NCBI RefSeq assembly: GCF_006345805.1
Contig: NC_043011.1
Location: 49,488,464 to 49,552,463, forward strand
Direction of reading: 5' to 3'
DNA length: 64,000 nucleotides
From: Octopus sinensis
Taxonomy: Eukaryota
A program made the position numbers and the translations under genes. Positions 42,145 to 56,298 of the stretch are shown one piece after another. How positions within the stretch are numbered: position 1 is the stretch's first letter; each line of letters begins with the position of its first letter. Under the pieces are notes generated by a model. The model worked only from the letters and a program-made list of their open reading frames with translations, searched no databases and was not told the origin of the DNA.

Positions 42145-42249
42145 GTATGTGTGTTTGTGCGTGTTTGTGCACATGAGTAAATATAATAAAATACAAACAT
42201 ATATGGATATGCAAATTTATCATAGCACATATATATCGCTTTATATGTG

Positions 42250-42292
<43 letters not shown>

Positions 42293-42972
42293 CATATATT
42301 CATATATATATTTATGTACATGTATATATATATATATATGTGTGTGTATATATACATGTATATATATATATATATTTATGTATATGTATGTGTATACTTC
42401 TATATATACATATATATATGTACATATATATACATCTCTATACGCATATGCATATATAGATACATACATATGTATATCTTTATAGACATATGCATATATA
42501 GATACATATATGTATATATATATATATATACATGTATATATATAAACACATATACATATAAACATTTATATACATATATTTATGTATATATATATACATA
42601 TACATATATAAATTATACATACATATATATGTATGTGTATATATGTATGTGTGTATATATATATTTACACACACACACACACACACATACATAAATATAT
42701 AAATGTGCGTATACACGCGTACCCAAAAGAAACCGGAATTTTGCAATATTATTTTATTTACTTAGTTTGTTTACATGTTTACACTTTTATCGCCTTCAAA
42801 GTATTCTTCAATGCAACGCATCGGCCCAAATTCGTTTTCCACTGTTCGAAGCTGTGCTAGAGCTCTTGCGAAGTGATACCTTTTAAAGCCGCCGTCGTTT
42901 CCTTTATTTTTTTAACCTGTTGAAGACACACAAGATGTCGAAATATCGTTCACTAGATGACCAATGGCACTC

Positions 42973-43019
<47 letters not shown>

Positions 43020-43027
43020 TAATAGTA

Positions 43028-43069
<42 letters not shown>

Positions 43070-43135
43070 GTAATAAAATAATAATAAGAATAATAATATA
43101 ATAATAATAATAGTAATAGAATAGTAATAATAATA

Positions 43136-43185
<50 letters not shown>

Positions 43186-43188
<3 letters not shown>

Positions 43189-43732
43189 GCCTGATGCAGT
43201 ACCAGGCAGTGGCTCTCATGGCTTCTGATCTTAACTGATTGGAAGTGTTATCATGTACATGTTTTGTCTTGGTATAAAAGATGGGCTACAGCAAATATTC
43301 TGCTCAATACCACAGATTTGCTTGTCAGTTGTTTGGACCTTAACCAGTTGCGCGTGTCCCTTAGTGGCTGACGATATGTGCATCTCTGATCACAAGCAGA
43401 AGTAGTGGGGGAGCATCATAGCCATGTGGAGAGGGATCTTTGGGGTTTGAATAATTCACCTCTGGAAACATTGGTGGTTCTTTCAACACTTAAACAACCC
43501 TTATTCGGGACCGTTTGAGCGGATGGCTACTCAACCTGAAGAAAATTCTAACTGGGCCCCACCTGCAAGGTCATGTGCTGTTTATCTTGATATGAGATCA
43601 CCATGTCGCGCACATATGGTTGTGATGCATGTGCCTGGTGTACCCTTATCAGACGGGGAGTCATGATGGGTATTACTGGCTTCGTATATTTTACCCCAGT
43701 GTCACTTTGATGGCATGAACTGCTCTCTCACT

Positions 43733-43733
<1 letters not shown>
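43186..43733. mobile_element. Unclassified interspersed element between (AAT)n and (AAC)n tracts
   Basis: Complex sequence bounded by trinucleotide arrays. agcaaatattctgctcaata.cacagat.tgcttg also occurs at about 41746-41780, so the sequence is dispersed. Confidence 0.5.
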
Positions 43734-43763
<30 letters not shown>

Positions 43764-43991
43764 AATAATATTAATAATAATAATACGCAAAATACTTTCT
43801 ACATAATCTCAAGTTTTAAAACAAACATAATTTTTTTTTTTAGGCATTCACTAGTACAACACTAAATACAAAACCAAATATATGGCACACTAGGCATAAC
43901 AACATCACGAACTTCCAACCTGTTGTCTCTTGAGGTCTCTGGGTGAGACTTGGAGCCAACTTGTACAAATATAAAGCAAAAGTCAAGCATA

Positions 43992-44056
<65 letters not shown>

Positions 44057-44079
44057 TCAACAACAACAACAACAACAAC

Positions 44080-44111
<32 letters not shown>

Positions 44112-44149
44112 GACCAGGAATAAGACCAATCCTGAGCTTTTTGTAGGGA

Positions 44150-45140
44150 GAAGACTAGTCGATTACATCGACCCCAGTGTTTCACTGGTCCTTAATTTAT
44201 CATCCTAGAAAGGATAAGAGACAAAGCCAACCTGGGCAGAATTTGTATTCAGAACGTAAAAGCATTTTGTCAGGTGTACTTAAATTAGTAGAGTTTACGG
44301 AAAAGTAATTTATTACTTTTCCGTAAACTTTCAAATTAAATTTTTGTTTACTTTTCGATGTCAGCTGTCAATTTGAAATTGCTTTTTGCATATATCTCTA
44401 CTTGTTTATTTGTAAGAAATCTATTTCCTACGAGGCAGTCTTCAAATTTACTAAGTGGTGCTGTTGAGAAATTGAAATTGAAATTGAAGTTTAAACAGAA
44501 ACCTATAATAGCAATAACACTTTCTACAATAGGGGCACAAGGCCTGAAATTTTTTTTGGGGGGGGGAGGGAGGAGACGAGACTATTACATGAACACCACA
44601 AAACGATGAAAGGTAAAGTCGATCTCGGCGGAATTTGAAATCAGAAAGTAAAGAAATTCTGCTAAGGATTTTGTCCCGTGTCCTTAACGATTCTGCCAGC
44701 TCAGCCCCATTACAGAAAGACATAATAATAATTTCAAATTTTGGCGCAAGGCCAGCAATTTCTGGGAGGGGGGGGCTAAGTCGATTACATCGACCCCAGT
44801 ATTCATCTGGTATTTATTTTATCGACGCCAAAACGATGAAAGACAAAGTCGATCTCGGCAGAATTTGAACTCAGAACATGAAGATGGGCGATTCCCGCTA
44901 AGCATTTTTTCCCGTATCACCGCGATACAGAAACATATAATAACCCTTTCTACTGTAGGCACAAGGCCTGAAATTTTGGGGAAGGAATTACGTCGATTAC
45001 ATAGATCCCTAGTGCATAACTGGTACTTATTTAATCGACCCCTAGAGGATGAAAGGAAAAGTTCGACCTCGGCGGAACTTGAACTCAGAACGTGAGGACC
45101 GCTAAGCTTTTCGCAATGTGTGCTAACGATTTTGCCAGCT
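44150..45140 (-). mobile_element. Head-to-tail stack of about 4 diverged SINE family B variants
   Basis: Repeated ggcacaaggcc..aattt..gtcgattacatcgaccccag..gatgaaagg.aaagtcga.ctcggc.gaatttgaa.tcagaa. Confidence 0.75.
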
Positions 45141-45784
45141 TACAGAAATATGTAAAAAAGATGTTTAATATCCTGCTTATAAACATTTACTTATTCGTTT
45201 CGTTTCGCTTTTTCAGGAATGCCAAGTTTATTTTTGTACGTTCCCGACACCATGTTCATTTATTTCCAATCTTACTCTTTTATGTCCCTAAAATGAAAGG
45301 ATACCACAAACGGTTCAGCACCAGCTAGATATGATCATATCAAGAGTTAGCTAAAAAGAAAACGGGAAAAAACACAGCGCTGATCGAAACAGATGTAGGA
45401 AATTTTCGACGTCGAGATGGGGGTAGTATAAACAGGGAATAGATGAGCACGGGTGAGAATAATAGTAACTATTTTAAGAGCAGGGACAATTGTGTTCGAT
45501 GGATACGGCAACCGAGTGACGATGTAACCCAGAATATGGACAACCAGAAATAATGAATATAAACAAATAAGAATAATCCAAGAATAACTCAGTAATATGA
45601 ACAAGTAGGAATAAAATGGAAATAACCAAGACTATGAAAACATAGTGATAAGAGATGAATTACCCAGTAATGGGAAAATGTAGGAATCACTTAGAAATAA
45701 CCCCAGTATATGAGTAAACTGGAATAACACCCAGGATATGAAATCGTAAGAATGACTCAAGAATAACCTGGAACATGTACAAGT

Positions 45785-46140
45785 AGGTGCAGAAGCTTGC
45801 TTCCCAACCACATGGTTCCGGGTTCAGTCCCACTGGATGGCACATTGGACAAGTTTCTCCTGCTATAACCTCAGGCCGACTAAAGTCTTTGGTAGACGGA
45901 AACTGAAAGAAGCCCGTCGTAGATGTGCATGTGTGAGTGTGTTAGTAGTCCCCCATTCCATCACCGCTTGACAACCGGTGTTGGTGTGTTTACATCCCTG
46001 TGACTTAGCGGTTCGACAAAAGGAAACGATAGAATAAGTACTTTGCTTAAAAAGTAAGTCCAGCGGGTCGATCTGTTCGTCTAAAATCCTTGGAGGCAGT
46101 GCCCCATCATGGCCGCAACCAAATGAACGAAACGAAAAGT
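45785..46140 (+). mobile_element. Diverged SINE family A inside a degenerate AATAACC/TATGA minisatellite
   Basis: Family A motifs are present. Similar degenerate repeats lie on both sides (about 45520-45784 and 46150-46330). Confidence 0.75.
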
Positions 46141-46339
46141 AAATGTTCAGTATGAATAACGCGAGAATAAAACAAAATATGAAAAAGTTGAAATAACTAA
46201 GAAATAATTCAAAATATAAAAAGGTAAAATAACCTAACAATATGAGCAAGGAAGAATAATCCAGGAATAACCTGTAATATGAAAAAGAAGGATTAACAAA
46301 AAATAACCTAGAACATGAACATATTGGAATGATACAAGA

Positions 46340-47960
46340 ATGATCAAGTTCCGAACTTTTTAGAGAAATATCCAAACGGTAATCTCAAAGTACTTGTAAA
46401 ATATACAACGATATATTGAAATGGTAAGAAATATTCCTTGAGTTGGATCAGAATAGAAAAGAAAACAACATAAAACAGAACAAAAAAAACCCCTAAATTT
46501 TGACAAAGCTTCAGACTCGGAATTAGATATTTATAAGCTGTGTGTCTACAGTGTACAAAACGTTGCAGGAATATTATCGCAATGCGTAAATGCTTTGGAT
46601 AAATGATAATAAAATAGATATAAAATAAGAAGCAAAATAAAGTGTTTCGAATGGCCAGAATAAAAGCGATGAAGTAGTCTCATGTGGCTGTAAAGATTAG
46701 TTACTGATTAACGAAATGATAAGTGAAGACATTAGGAACCGAAAGAAGGGTCCTAAGCATGCAATGGATCGATTACCAGAAACCGTTTGATCTTCGCCGC
46801 CTCTGGATCCTGGAAACATTACTCATGTATAAAGTAGAACCAATAACAATCAACAACATCAAATGCGCCATGAATAAATGGAAAATAATTCTCTCTTGTT
46901 TAAACAAAAGAGGAATTGTAAATACGAAACGGATCCCGAATTTAAGAGAATTATTCCGAAGGGATCCCTTCCCTTTCCACTCCTCTTTTTTCCTCCGTGG
47001 TACTTAACACGTTTAGCCAATATGTTAAAGTGGACTTGACGCAGGTATACAAGTGTTATGGAACGATAATCAATCAACGACCTTTTGTATGCGAATGACT
47101 TCAATTTGCTCCTCGTAGCGGATCACAAGCAATTGTAAACACTGCTACGCACACACACACAGTAGATACAGATTCTGTTGGGAAATTGGCAGGAAATTCG
47201 GTTTAGAAAAATGTGCCAAGCAAATTTTAAGAAAGAAAAAAAAAAGATTGCTACTATTACGTTAGATAGAGAAACGGTGATAAGAGAATTAGATCAACCA
47301 GAAAATTACAAATTCTTAGAAATTAATGAACAAGACAGAGTGCAGAGCACTCAAATAATTTTCTTAACTGATTGTTAAATGAATTAACAAGACAAGACTG
47401 TGGTAGTGGGAAGAGGAAAATAATGACTGCATTTAGTATTCACAACCCGAAAGCCAACACAGTAATATTATATATTTACCATGAATACAGATAAGTGTTT
47501 GTCTTCTGCAGATAGATAATTGTGATAAAATATCTATAAAAAATTTTCTAGTAAAAAAATAAAGTATAAAGGAGGGAGTTTATACAAACAGTGACTAGTC
47601 ATAGAACAAAAACAAAAACAGTTCTTTGTCTTCAAATGGAGCCAACAAATATAAAACAGAGGCTGAGGTAAGAGTTTTGTGTATTGGGCGGACTTCAGAA
47701 GCAGTTATTGAAAGTATAAAGTAAAACTTAGACTAGATTTTAAAAGAAGAAAATACTTTGAGGCATTTTAAGATGAGACGTTGATAACTCAACTTCCAAA
47801 ATGACCGATCTTCTGAGATATAATTATTCGAAGTGAAAGGAGGTGAGTAAACCTGGCGGTTACATGGTGAGAGCACGCTACACCTCATATCTTTTCAAGG
47901 AAGGATCTTGGTTACGGCAGAAGAATCAAGGTGTTTCCTACAAAAAAACAAAGCGAAACA
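46340..47960 (+). mobile_element. Decayed non-LTR retrotransposon RT region, R4/Dong-like
   Basis: Peptides LSMQWIDYQKPFD..WILETLLMYKV..NKWK, IRELDQPENYKFLEINE and IHNPKAN resemble LSMAWIDYKKAFD, IKELDQEETYKYLG and HHPKAD. Many frameshifts. Confidence 0.7.
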
Positions 47961-48289
47961 TCGAATGAAATTAGCACATTTTATAAAATGTATGATCAAT
48001 GAATTAAAAATTGTTTGGTATGGGACACGGCATTTAGTTTTTATGTACTTCATCCCTCAATTTATAACCCAGTGATACCCCTGGTTGATGGGGTACAGGA
48101 GAAGTTTAGCGATTGCAGCTATCAATATTTTACAGCTTTATGCAGCCCACAACGAACGGCCTTGATTTACGCAGAGTTTGCAGGGTGGTGGTTTAAATCT
48201 GCTATCTCTTTTGTCGCCGTGGTTCGATAGATTTTTGACACAATACGATTCCTTATTCTGCGGCCTATCTCTGCGACCCGTCTGTGATC

Positions 48290-48420
48290 CCGCTCTGAGA
48301 CCCCTCTCTGAGACCCTTCTCTGAGACCCTTCTCTGAGACCCCTCTCTGAGATCCCTCTCTGAGACCCTTCTCTGAGACACTTCTTTGAGACCCCTCTCT
48401 GAGATCCCTCTCTGCGACTT
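48290..48420. repeat. 12-13-bp minisatellite (TCTCTGAGACCC[C/T])
   Basis: About 10 direct copies. Confidence 0.85.
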
Positions 48421-48815
48421 TTGCCTTCCGTCTAGAATTAAGTATGCCAGAACATGGTTTTAATTTGGACTTGGAATGCCAAAGTGATATTAAAGATTGT
48501 ACCTTCAAAACAGTAAACAATTCACCAGCTTCAAAAGAGTGAAGCTTCAGTCATTCACGCTAAAAAAAATTTTGTCCTTTTTGAAAATCAAATGAGTTGC
48601 ACATTTTAAATGATATAAATATAGATATATTTAAAAGAAAAGTAGAAGCTGTAACACAAAGTAGAAGCCATACATAAAAGAGATGAACAAATAAACAGAC
48701 TCGAAGAGTGTCCAGTTTATATTGCCAATAGAAAAGGCAGTTAAATAAATGGTGGTGTTACCATTATTTTCTGCAGACTTACTATACATGTATGTGTGTA
48801 CGCATACACACATGC

Positions 48816-48858
<43 letters not shown>

Positions 48859-49181
48859 AGTATGCATTCACACACATTTACATATGTATGTATATACATA
48901 CATATGTATATATCAATATATGTATATATATATACATATATATATTTAATGCGTAAGTCCTTGTGTATGTATGAATATCCTTTACACATAACAATTATGC
49001 GTGTATATATGTATGTATATGTATGTTATATGGAAATATGTATATATGTATGTATGTATGTATGTAGTATTATATATATATATACATATGTACATATATA
49101 TATCCACATATATAATATATATATATTGATATATATGTATATATATACATTGATATATATATATATGTATATATACATATA

Positions 49182-49214
<33 letters not shown>

Positions 49215-49220
49215 TATATA

Positions 49221-49271
<51 letters not shown>

Positions 49272-49424
49272 ATATATACACAGACGTGTGTAAGTAAAAT
49301 GTGTCCTTGTTGTTAAGTTGTGTGTTTAGGAAAGGAGCCAATAGACGTTAGTTTTACTTTGATCTGATCGATAACGAATACAGAACGAATGCGAAGATAA
49401 CAATAACAGAAAATATTATAATGT

Positions 49425-49444
49425 TAATAATAATAATAATAATG

Positions 49445-49495
<51 letters not shown>

Positions 49496-49613
49496 GTATG
49501 AAAGGAGAAGAATTGAAGAACAAATGTCAGTAATGAAGGAGACAAACATATGATGTTTGTAAATATGGATGGGGGTAGGGGAGGAAGGGGAGAAGGAAGG
49601 GAAGAAGTGACAG

Positions 49614-49678
<65 letters not shown>

Positions 49679-49709
49679 AAGAAAGAAAGAAAGAAAAAGA
49701 GAGAGAGAG

Positions 49710-49740
<31 letters not shown>

Positions 49741-50046
49741 AAGAAAGAAAGAAAGAAAGACGTGAAGACTAAAATGGAAAAAGAAATGAAGATTGAAAGA
49801 AAGAGGAAAAAAGGGCGAAGGAAAAAAATCAACAAATCAAGAAAACAAACTAAAGAACTAATAACGATCAGGTGAAAAGAAGGAAAGTATGAATGAATGA
49901 ATGAATGAATGAATGAAGAGAAAGAAGAAAGTGAAAAAGAAAGAGAAGAGAGGAAGAAAGAAAGGAAGAAAAGGAAGAAAGAAAGAAAGAAATGGGTGGA
50001 GCAAACGAACGAAATGAAGGAAAAACAAGTAGAGTGGTAATTATTT

Positions 50047-50117
<71 letters not shown>

Positions 50118-50322
50118 ATTGTAACTTCTAGTCAGAATCAATCACCGGAATGGTGAGCAAAGAATTAATGCAGTCACTTCGATATTACGGCTGAGTGATT
50201 TGTATGTACTTTTATAGAAAATATATAAAACCATTCTCTGCTTGTGTCTCTGTTCAATGGAATCGAAAACCACGGCATGGAGAGAACAGATACGGTTATG
50301 ATGGTGGTGGTGATGACGATGA

Positions 50323-50354
<32 letters not shown>

Positions 50355-50706
50355 ATGATGATGATGATGATGATGATGATTAGATGATGATGATGATGAT
50401 GATGATGATGACGAAGATGATGATGGTGATGTTTGATGCTGGAGGCTGTGGTGATGTTGGTGGTGATGATGATGATGATCACGACGAATATGATGATGGT
50501 GGTGGTAACAACAATCATGATGATGATGATGATGACGATGGCGATGATGATGATGATGATGACGATGGCGATGATGATGACGATGGCGATGATGAATGAC
50601 GATGATGATGATGATGATGATGATGATGACCACGACGATGACAAATATGATTATCATGACGACGACGACGATGATGACGATGATGATAATTATGATCGTG
50701 AGGATG

Positions 50707-50738
<32 letters not shown>

Positions 50739-50745
50739 GATTATG
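49425..50745. repeat. Compound microsatellite field: (AAT)n, (GAAA)n, (TGAA)n, (CTA)n, (GAT)n
   Basis: Direct runs. They explain the ORFs at 49354-50817. Confidence 0.9.
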
Positions 50746-51559
50746 ATGTTCTGCTGTGTCATTTCAATAGATACAACGCTACCGTTACATTTGTATTCTG
50801 TTAACTGTAGCACTTAACAACATTATTTTTTAATCTCTGAGTGTGAGTAACATTTTTTAATAAAATTCTTATATCCTAATCCTAATAAATAAAATAATAA
50901 TAAAACTAACGGCATTAAATAAATTTCATTAATTTAGGGACTAAGCAAATAGAAACTGAACCGGAAACAGATGATAGAGTTAAAATGTTTAGACTTAAGA
51001 AAGCCTTACATTACATTCAAGAACCATAATAAAAACATGTTGTAAGTAATATGACTTGTAGATCGAATATAGTGAATAAAAGTGTCTTAAACATTAATAT
51101 TCTCCAAATCAAACAGACAACCGATTTACCTTTCTAGAATAATGGCACAGCTTTTATTAACTGGTTTAATAGTATTAGTAATAAATTTTTTATAAATTTA
51201 CTCGGTTTGGCAGTATCGAATGAATTTTATCCTTTAATAACTAAATCTCTTCTTCAAATAAAGCATTAGATTTTTTTTTTCTTCTAAGGAATATATTTCA
51301 ATCCTGATTCTGATATCAGTATAACCATGCATTAACGAGGCGGATTATTGCATTTTTTTTTTGTTGTTGCTGTTTTTTTTTTGTCGATAAGTCTTTCAGT
51401 GTAAAGAAAGACTTAGTGCTTATTTATTTGATGTGGCAGAGGATAACCAAAACTCTGCAGAGTTTGTGTTAGATTATTGCTGTTTATTTTATTATACACA
51501 CACGATATTTATTCTTACTCTTTACATTCTGATTTCGAATCTCAATGAGATCAAAGTTA

Positions 51560-52700
51560 GCGAGCTGGAAGAAATGTTAAAGCGCTAGAATTGTATTATT
51601 TTTTCCGATCTTTTAAATTCTAAGTTCAAATTCCACCGAGGTTAAGAGTTTCTGAATGGTAGAAACGTTAGAGCATCGAGCTGGCAGAAACATTAGCACG
51701 CCGGGCGAAATGCTTAGCGGTATTTCGTCTGTCTTTACGTTCTGAGTTCAAATTCCGCCGAGGTCGACTTTCATCCTTTTGGGGTCGATAAATTAAGTAC
51801 CAGTTTCGCACTGGGGTCGATATAATTGACTTAATCCATCTGTCTGTCTGTCCCTGTTTGTCCCCTCTGTGCTTAGTCCCTTGTGGGTAGTAAAGAAATA
51901 GGTATTTCGTCTGCCGCTACGTTCTGAGTTCAAATTCCGCCGGGGTCGACTTTGCCTTTCATCCTATCGGGGTCGATTAAATAAGTATCAGTTACGCACT
52001 GGGGTCGATATAATCGACTTAATCCGTTTGTTTGTCCTTGTTGTCCCCTCTGTATGTAGCCCTTTGTGCAGTAAAGAAATAATAAAGAAACAAGAATTGT
52101 TAGCGCGCCGGACAAAATGCTTAGCGGCATTTCTTCCGGTTTTACTTTGAGTTCAAGTACCGCCGAAATCGACTTTACCTTTCATCCTTCGTGGGGTCGA
52201 TAAATTCAGTTCCATTCGCGCTCTGGGATCAAAGTACACAACACGCGCCCCTTCTCACTAAATTTCACGCCTTGTGCACTGAGCAGAAAAAAAAATCATT
52301 ATATTTATTGTTATTGTTGTAATAATATGAATAGCTGTTTTGAAATGTGCCATTTGTAGGTATTGCTGTACGTTATTAATATGAATAACTGTCCCCTCTG
52401 TGTGTAGCCCCTTGTGGGCAGTAAAGAAATAAGACACGTTAGAGCGTCAGAAAAAGTGTCTTGCAGAATTTATTACATTTACATTCTAAGTTCAATTCCT
52501 GCTAATATTAAAACCAGCAAGCTGGGAGAATCGTTAGGGCGTCGGAAAATATATTTTGTGGAATTTGTTCTTATTGTTTACACACTGAGTTCAAATCCCA
52601 CCCAAGTCACCTTTGTTTTTCCTCCCTTCACGATGGTTAATTATGAAGAACCAGTCAAGCATTGGAGTCGGTGGCATAGACTAACCCCTTCTCTCAAAAT
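51560..52700 (+). mobile_element. Tandem cluster of about 6 SINE family B copies or fragments of different ages
   Basis: gagttcaa.t.cc.cc core recurs near 51625, 51745, 51925, 52150, 52490 and 52587. Confidence 0.75.
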
Positions 52701-52915
52701 TACTGGCCTTGTATTTAAACCAGAAACCTACATACAAATTCAATAATTTTCAGGGTAGTTTATGTCAAGATGACTGAACTATTATCACATGTACCATAAA
52801 TGTTTAATTTGTACCTACAGGTTACAGCTATCATAAACTAAAATCTTATTTTTATCTTAGATAATGTTTTAAATTTAGACACCAATAGAATTTTTAAAGA
52901 ACCTGCTACCTCGAC

Positions 52916-52977
<62 letters not shown>

Positions 52978-53784
52978 TGAGAAGAAGAAGAAGAAGAAGA
53001 AGAAAAAGAAGAAGAAGGAGGAGGAGGAGGAGGAGGAGAAGAAGAAGAAGAAGAAGAAGAAGAAGAATCCTTACTATTATAGGCACAAAGGCCTGAAATT
53101 TAGAGGAGGGGCATAGTCGATTACATCGACCCCAGTACTCAACTGGTATTTATTTTAATGACCCCAAAATGATGAAAGGCAAAGTCGAGCTCGGCGGAAT
53201 TTGAACTGAGAACATGGAAACGGACAAAATAACGCTAAGCATTTCGCCCGGCGTGCTTATGATTCTGCCAGCTCACTGCCTTTGGTTTCAAATTTTGGCA
53301 CAAGGCCAGCAGTTCTGGGGGTGGGGTTTACACGATTACATCTACCCCAGTACTCAATTGGTACTTATTTTATCGACCCCGAAATAATGAAAGCCAAAAT
53401 TGACCTCGGGGGAATTAAAACGAAGGTTTAAAACCACAGTCTCCAGCAGCTTCATATCACCGTCTGAATTGAGCTTAAGGCCCAGTCCGAAGGTATGCGT
53501 GTGGATTTTGGAGTGCGGGCGTTGTCAGAAAGCCTGCTGTATCCTTTTATGCTGATCACATATTTTTTTATTTCTTTACTACCCACAAGGAGCTAAACGC
53601 AGAGAGGACAAACAAGGAGAGACAAACGGATTAAGTCGATTATATCGCCCCAGTGTGTGTAACTGGTACTTATTTAATCGATATAATAGTATGTAGTATA
53701 TATATATACACCAAAACATAAATCTATATATATTATATATATATATTATATATATATATATTATTATACAACAGAAAAAGAATA

Positions 53785-53855
53785 CGCCAGCGTGGGGCTC
53801 GAACCCACGACCCGAGATTAAGAGTCTCGTGCTCTACCGACTGAGCTAGCCGGGC
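53785..53855 (-). tRNA. tRNA-Lys (anticodon CTT); real gene with two 1-nt G-run deletions, or a young pseudogene
   Basis: Minus strand GCCCGGC TA GCTC AGTCGGTA GAGC A CGAGA CTCTTAA TCTCG GGTC GTGGG TTCGAGC CCCAC GCTGGC G, followed by TATTCTTTTT (Pol III terminator-like). D, anticodon and T arms pair fully. The acceptor 3' strand and variable loop are each one G short. Confidence 0.85.
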
Positions 53856-54191
53856 GCGATATGTGTATATATGAAATTATAATAGGGTAGAAAATTGATA
53901 TAATCAATTAAAACCAGTGGCTTAGCATATTTTTAAAAAATCCGAAGATTAAAAATTGTGTTACATACAAAAGGATTTGTGCTCGGTGGTAGGAGCGGAC
54001 CCAAAAAGGGGGTGGGGCTGAGGGGTACGTTCACCCCCTCAAGAAAATAACTGCAACCTTCTAAATAATGTTATTGCGCCCTTTTCTCCTGGAATTGTAT
54101 TCACTTCTGAATTTGTGCCCTTCCCTTCGAAAAATTCCTGAGACCACGCCTGGGTGGGACACGAAAGATGTGTATCATGATGTGTTAAAAC

Positions 54192-54422
54192 TATTTCTTT
54201 ACTGCTCACAAGGGGCTAAACAAAGAGGAGACGAACAAGTACAGGCAAACGGATTAAGTCGATTATATCGCCCCCAGTGTGTAACTGGTACTTATTTAAT
54301 CGACCCCGAAAGGATGAAAGGCAAAGTCGACCTCGGCGGAATTTGAACTCAGAACGTAACGGCAGACGAAATACGGCTACGCATTTCGCCCGGCGTGCTA
54401 ACGTTTCTGCCAGCTCGCCGCC
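54192..54422 (-). mobile_element. SINE family B, full length
   Basis: Reverse complement of the family B consensus. Confidence 0.9.
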
Positions 54423-54669
54423 TTTCACATATTGTAAAATTGCTGATCACATATTGTAAAATTACTAAACCTACAATCGTAGACGGAAATAAAAAAAATG
54501 AAAACGAGAAAATAGACTCAAAGTAGTAGCATTATCAACAGAAAATCCTCCACAAATCCAATAAACCAAAACCTCACCGTCATAAGAAACCACCGAAACC
54601 AAATGACATTTGACTTCGACGGTAAAGCATAACCTACAAAACCAGTTAACGTTACTAAAATATATAATA

Positions 54670-55185
54670 GGCTTAGGAGTGGCTGTGTGGTAAGTAGCTT
54701 GCTTATGAACCACATGGTTCCGGATTCGGTCCCACTGCATGGTATCTTTGGCAAGTGTCTTCTACTATAGCCGACCAAAGCCTTGTGAGTGGATTTGGTA
54801 AACGGAAACTGAAAGAAGCCCATCGTATATATATATATATGTATATATATATATGTATGTATGTATGTATATATGTATATATGTATGTATATATGTATAT
54901 ATGTTTGTATGTATGTATGTACGTATGTATGTATGTATGTAAGCATGTACGTATGTATGTATGTATGTATGTATGTATGTGTATATGTTTGTGCGTCTCT
55001 GTCCTCCCAACATCGCTTGACAACCGATACTGGTGTGTTTACGTCCCCGTCACTTAGCGGTTCGGCAAAAGAGACCGAGTGAATAAGTACTGGGCTTCCA
55101 AAGAATAAGTCCTGGGGTCGATTTGCTCGACTAAAGGCGGTGCTCCAGCATGGCCGCAGTCAAATGACTGAAACAAGTAAAAGAG
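54670..55185 (+). mobile_element. SINE family A with a ~160-bp internal (TATG)n/(TA)n expansion
   Basis: Family A head and tail are both intact. Confidence 0.9.
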
Positions 55186-55704
55186 TTAACATTTCAAGGA
55201 TAAACATTTACATATAATCCATAATATAGGAATTTTAGTAATTTTACATTGCAGCTGTCCATGTCACGCCATATATCTTTTACACTGTTCACAGAGAACT
55301 GAGTAGATGCCATGATGTCGGCATTGTAACACCCGGCACGAAACATCGTAAAATAGGTAATTTTTTTCCAATATTCAGATGTTATGTTTTTGGTTTGTTT
55401 TTCTTTTCTTCTTTCTTTTTTTTTCTTTTGGTCCATGTAAGCTAACTTTTTCTCAATTACATCTTTAATCTTTATACTCTCCAAGGCCATTCACTGTTCA
55501 ACAATACAGCAAGCCGTTCAAAATAAAAAAAAAGAGAGAGAGAAATAGAAATAATCGTCAGACATAGCCAGAACACCCTGTGTGTGCGTGTATGTGTGTG
55601 TGTATATGTATGTGTAAATGTATGGATGGATGGATGGATGCATATGTATATACATACATATATATTATGTATGTGTGTGTGTGTGTGGTGTGTGTGTGTG
55701 TGGT

Positions 55705-55997
55705 GGAGGCGCAATGGCCCATTGGTTAGGGCAGCGGACTCGCGGTTGTAGGATCGCGGTCTCGATTCCCAGACCGGGCGTTGTGAGTGTTTATTGAGCA
55801 AAAACACCTAAAAGCTCCAGGAGACTCCGGCAAGGGTTGGTGGCGATCCCTGCTGTACTCTTTCGCCGCAACTTTCTCTCACTCTTTCTTCGCCAGCGGG
55901 ATGGCGTCATTTGAAGGCTAAAACAATGCGAAGCGCATGGTGACCAGCGATGCGTAGCAACATGTGATAGCCTGGTCGGTCACGGTGATCACGGTGA
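55705..55997 (+). mobile_element. SINE family C
   Basis: ggaggcgcaatggcccattggttagggcagcggactc..ggtctcgattcccagaccgggcg head. Confidence 0.85.
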
Positions 55998-56003
55998 TAT
56001 ATA

Positions 56004-56234
56004 TATTAGACAAAAGGAGATAACAAAGCCAAGGCTGTGATGAGTTTTCAGGACATTTATAAGGGAAGAGATATAGATATAATCTTATTGCTGTTTCTAG
56101 GAGATTATGGATCTGATGAAGGGATATCCATAATATCCCAGAAACAGCTGTAAGACTTTATCTACATCTCTTTCCTTATAAATATCTTGAAAAATTCTCA
56201 CAGCCTTGGCTTTGTTATCTCTTTTTGTCTAATA
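56004..56234. repeat. Imperfect fold-back with ~105-bp arms and a hammerhead core at its centre (56113-56152, plus strand)
   Basis: The arms are reverse-complementary. The centre reads CTGATGA A GGGATAT-CCATA-ATATCCC A GAA ACAGCTGT A. Stem I does not form in this copy. Confidence 0.7.
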
Positions 56235-56298
56235 ATACAATTGTTTGTTTGTATTCCACCTGCCTTCGTCTTTTGTCTATTTTCATAAAGCTTCCCGT

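Noticed and set aside
48167-48520. 117-aa ORF with REGSQR repeats
   Set aside because: It arises from a 12-13-bp minisatellite whose period does not preserve frame.
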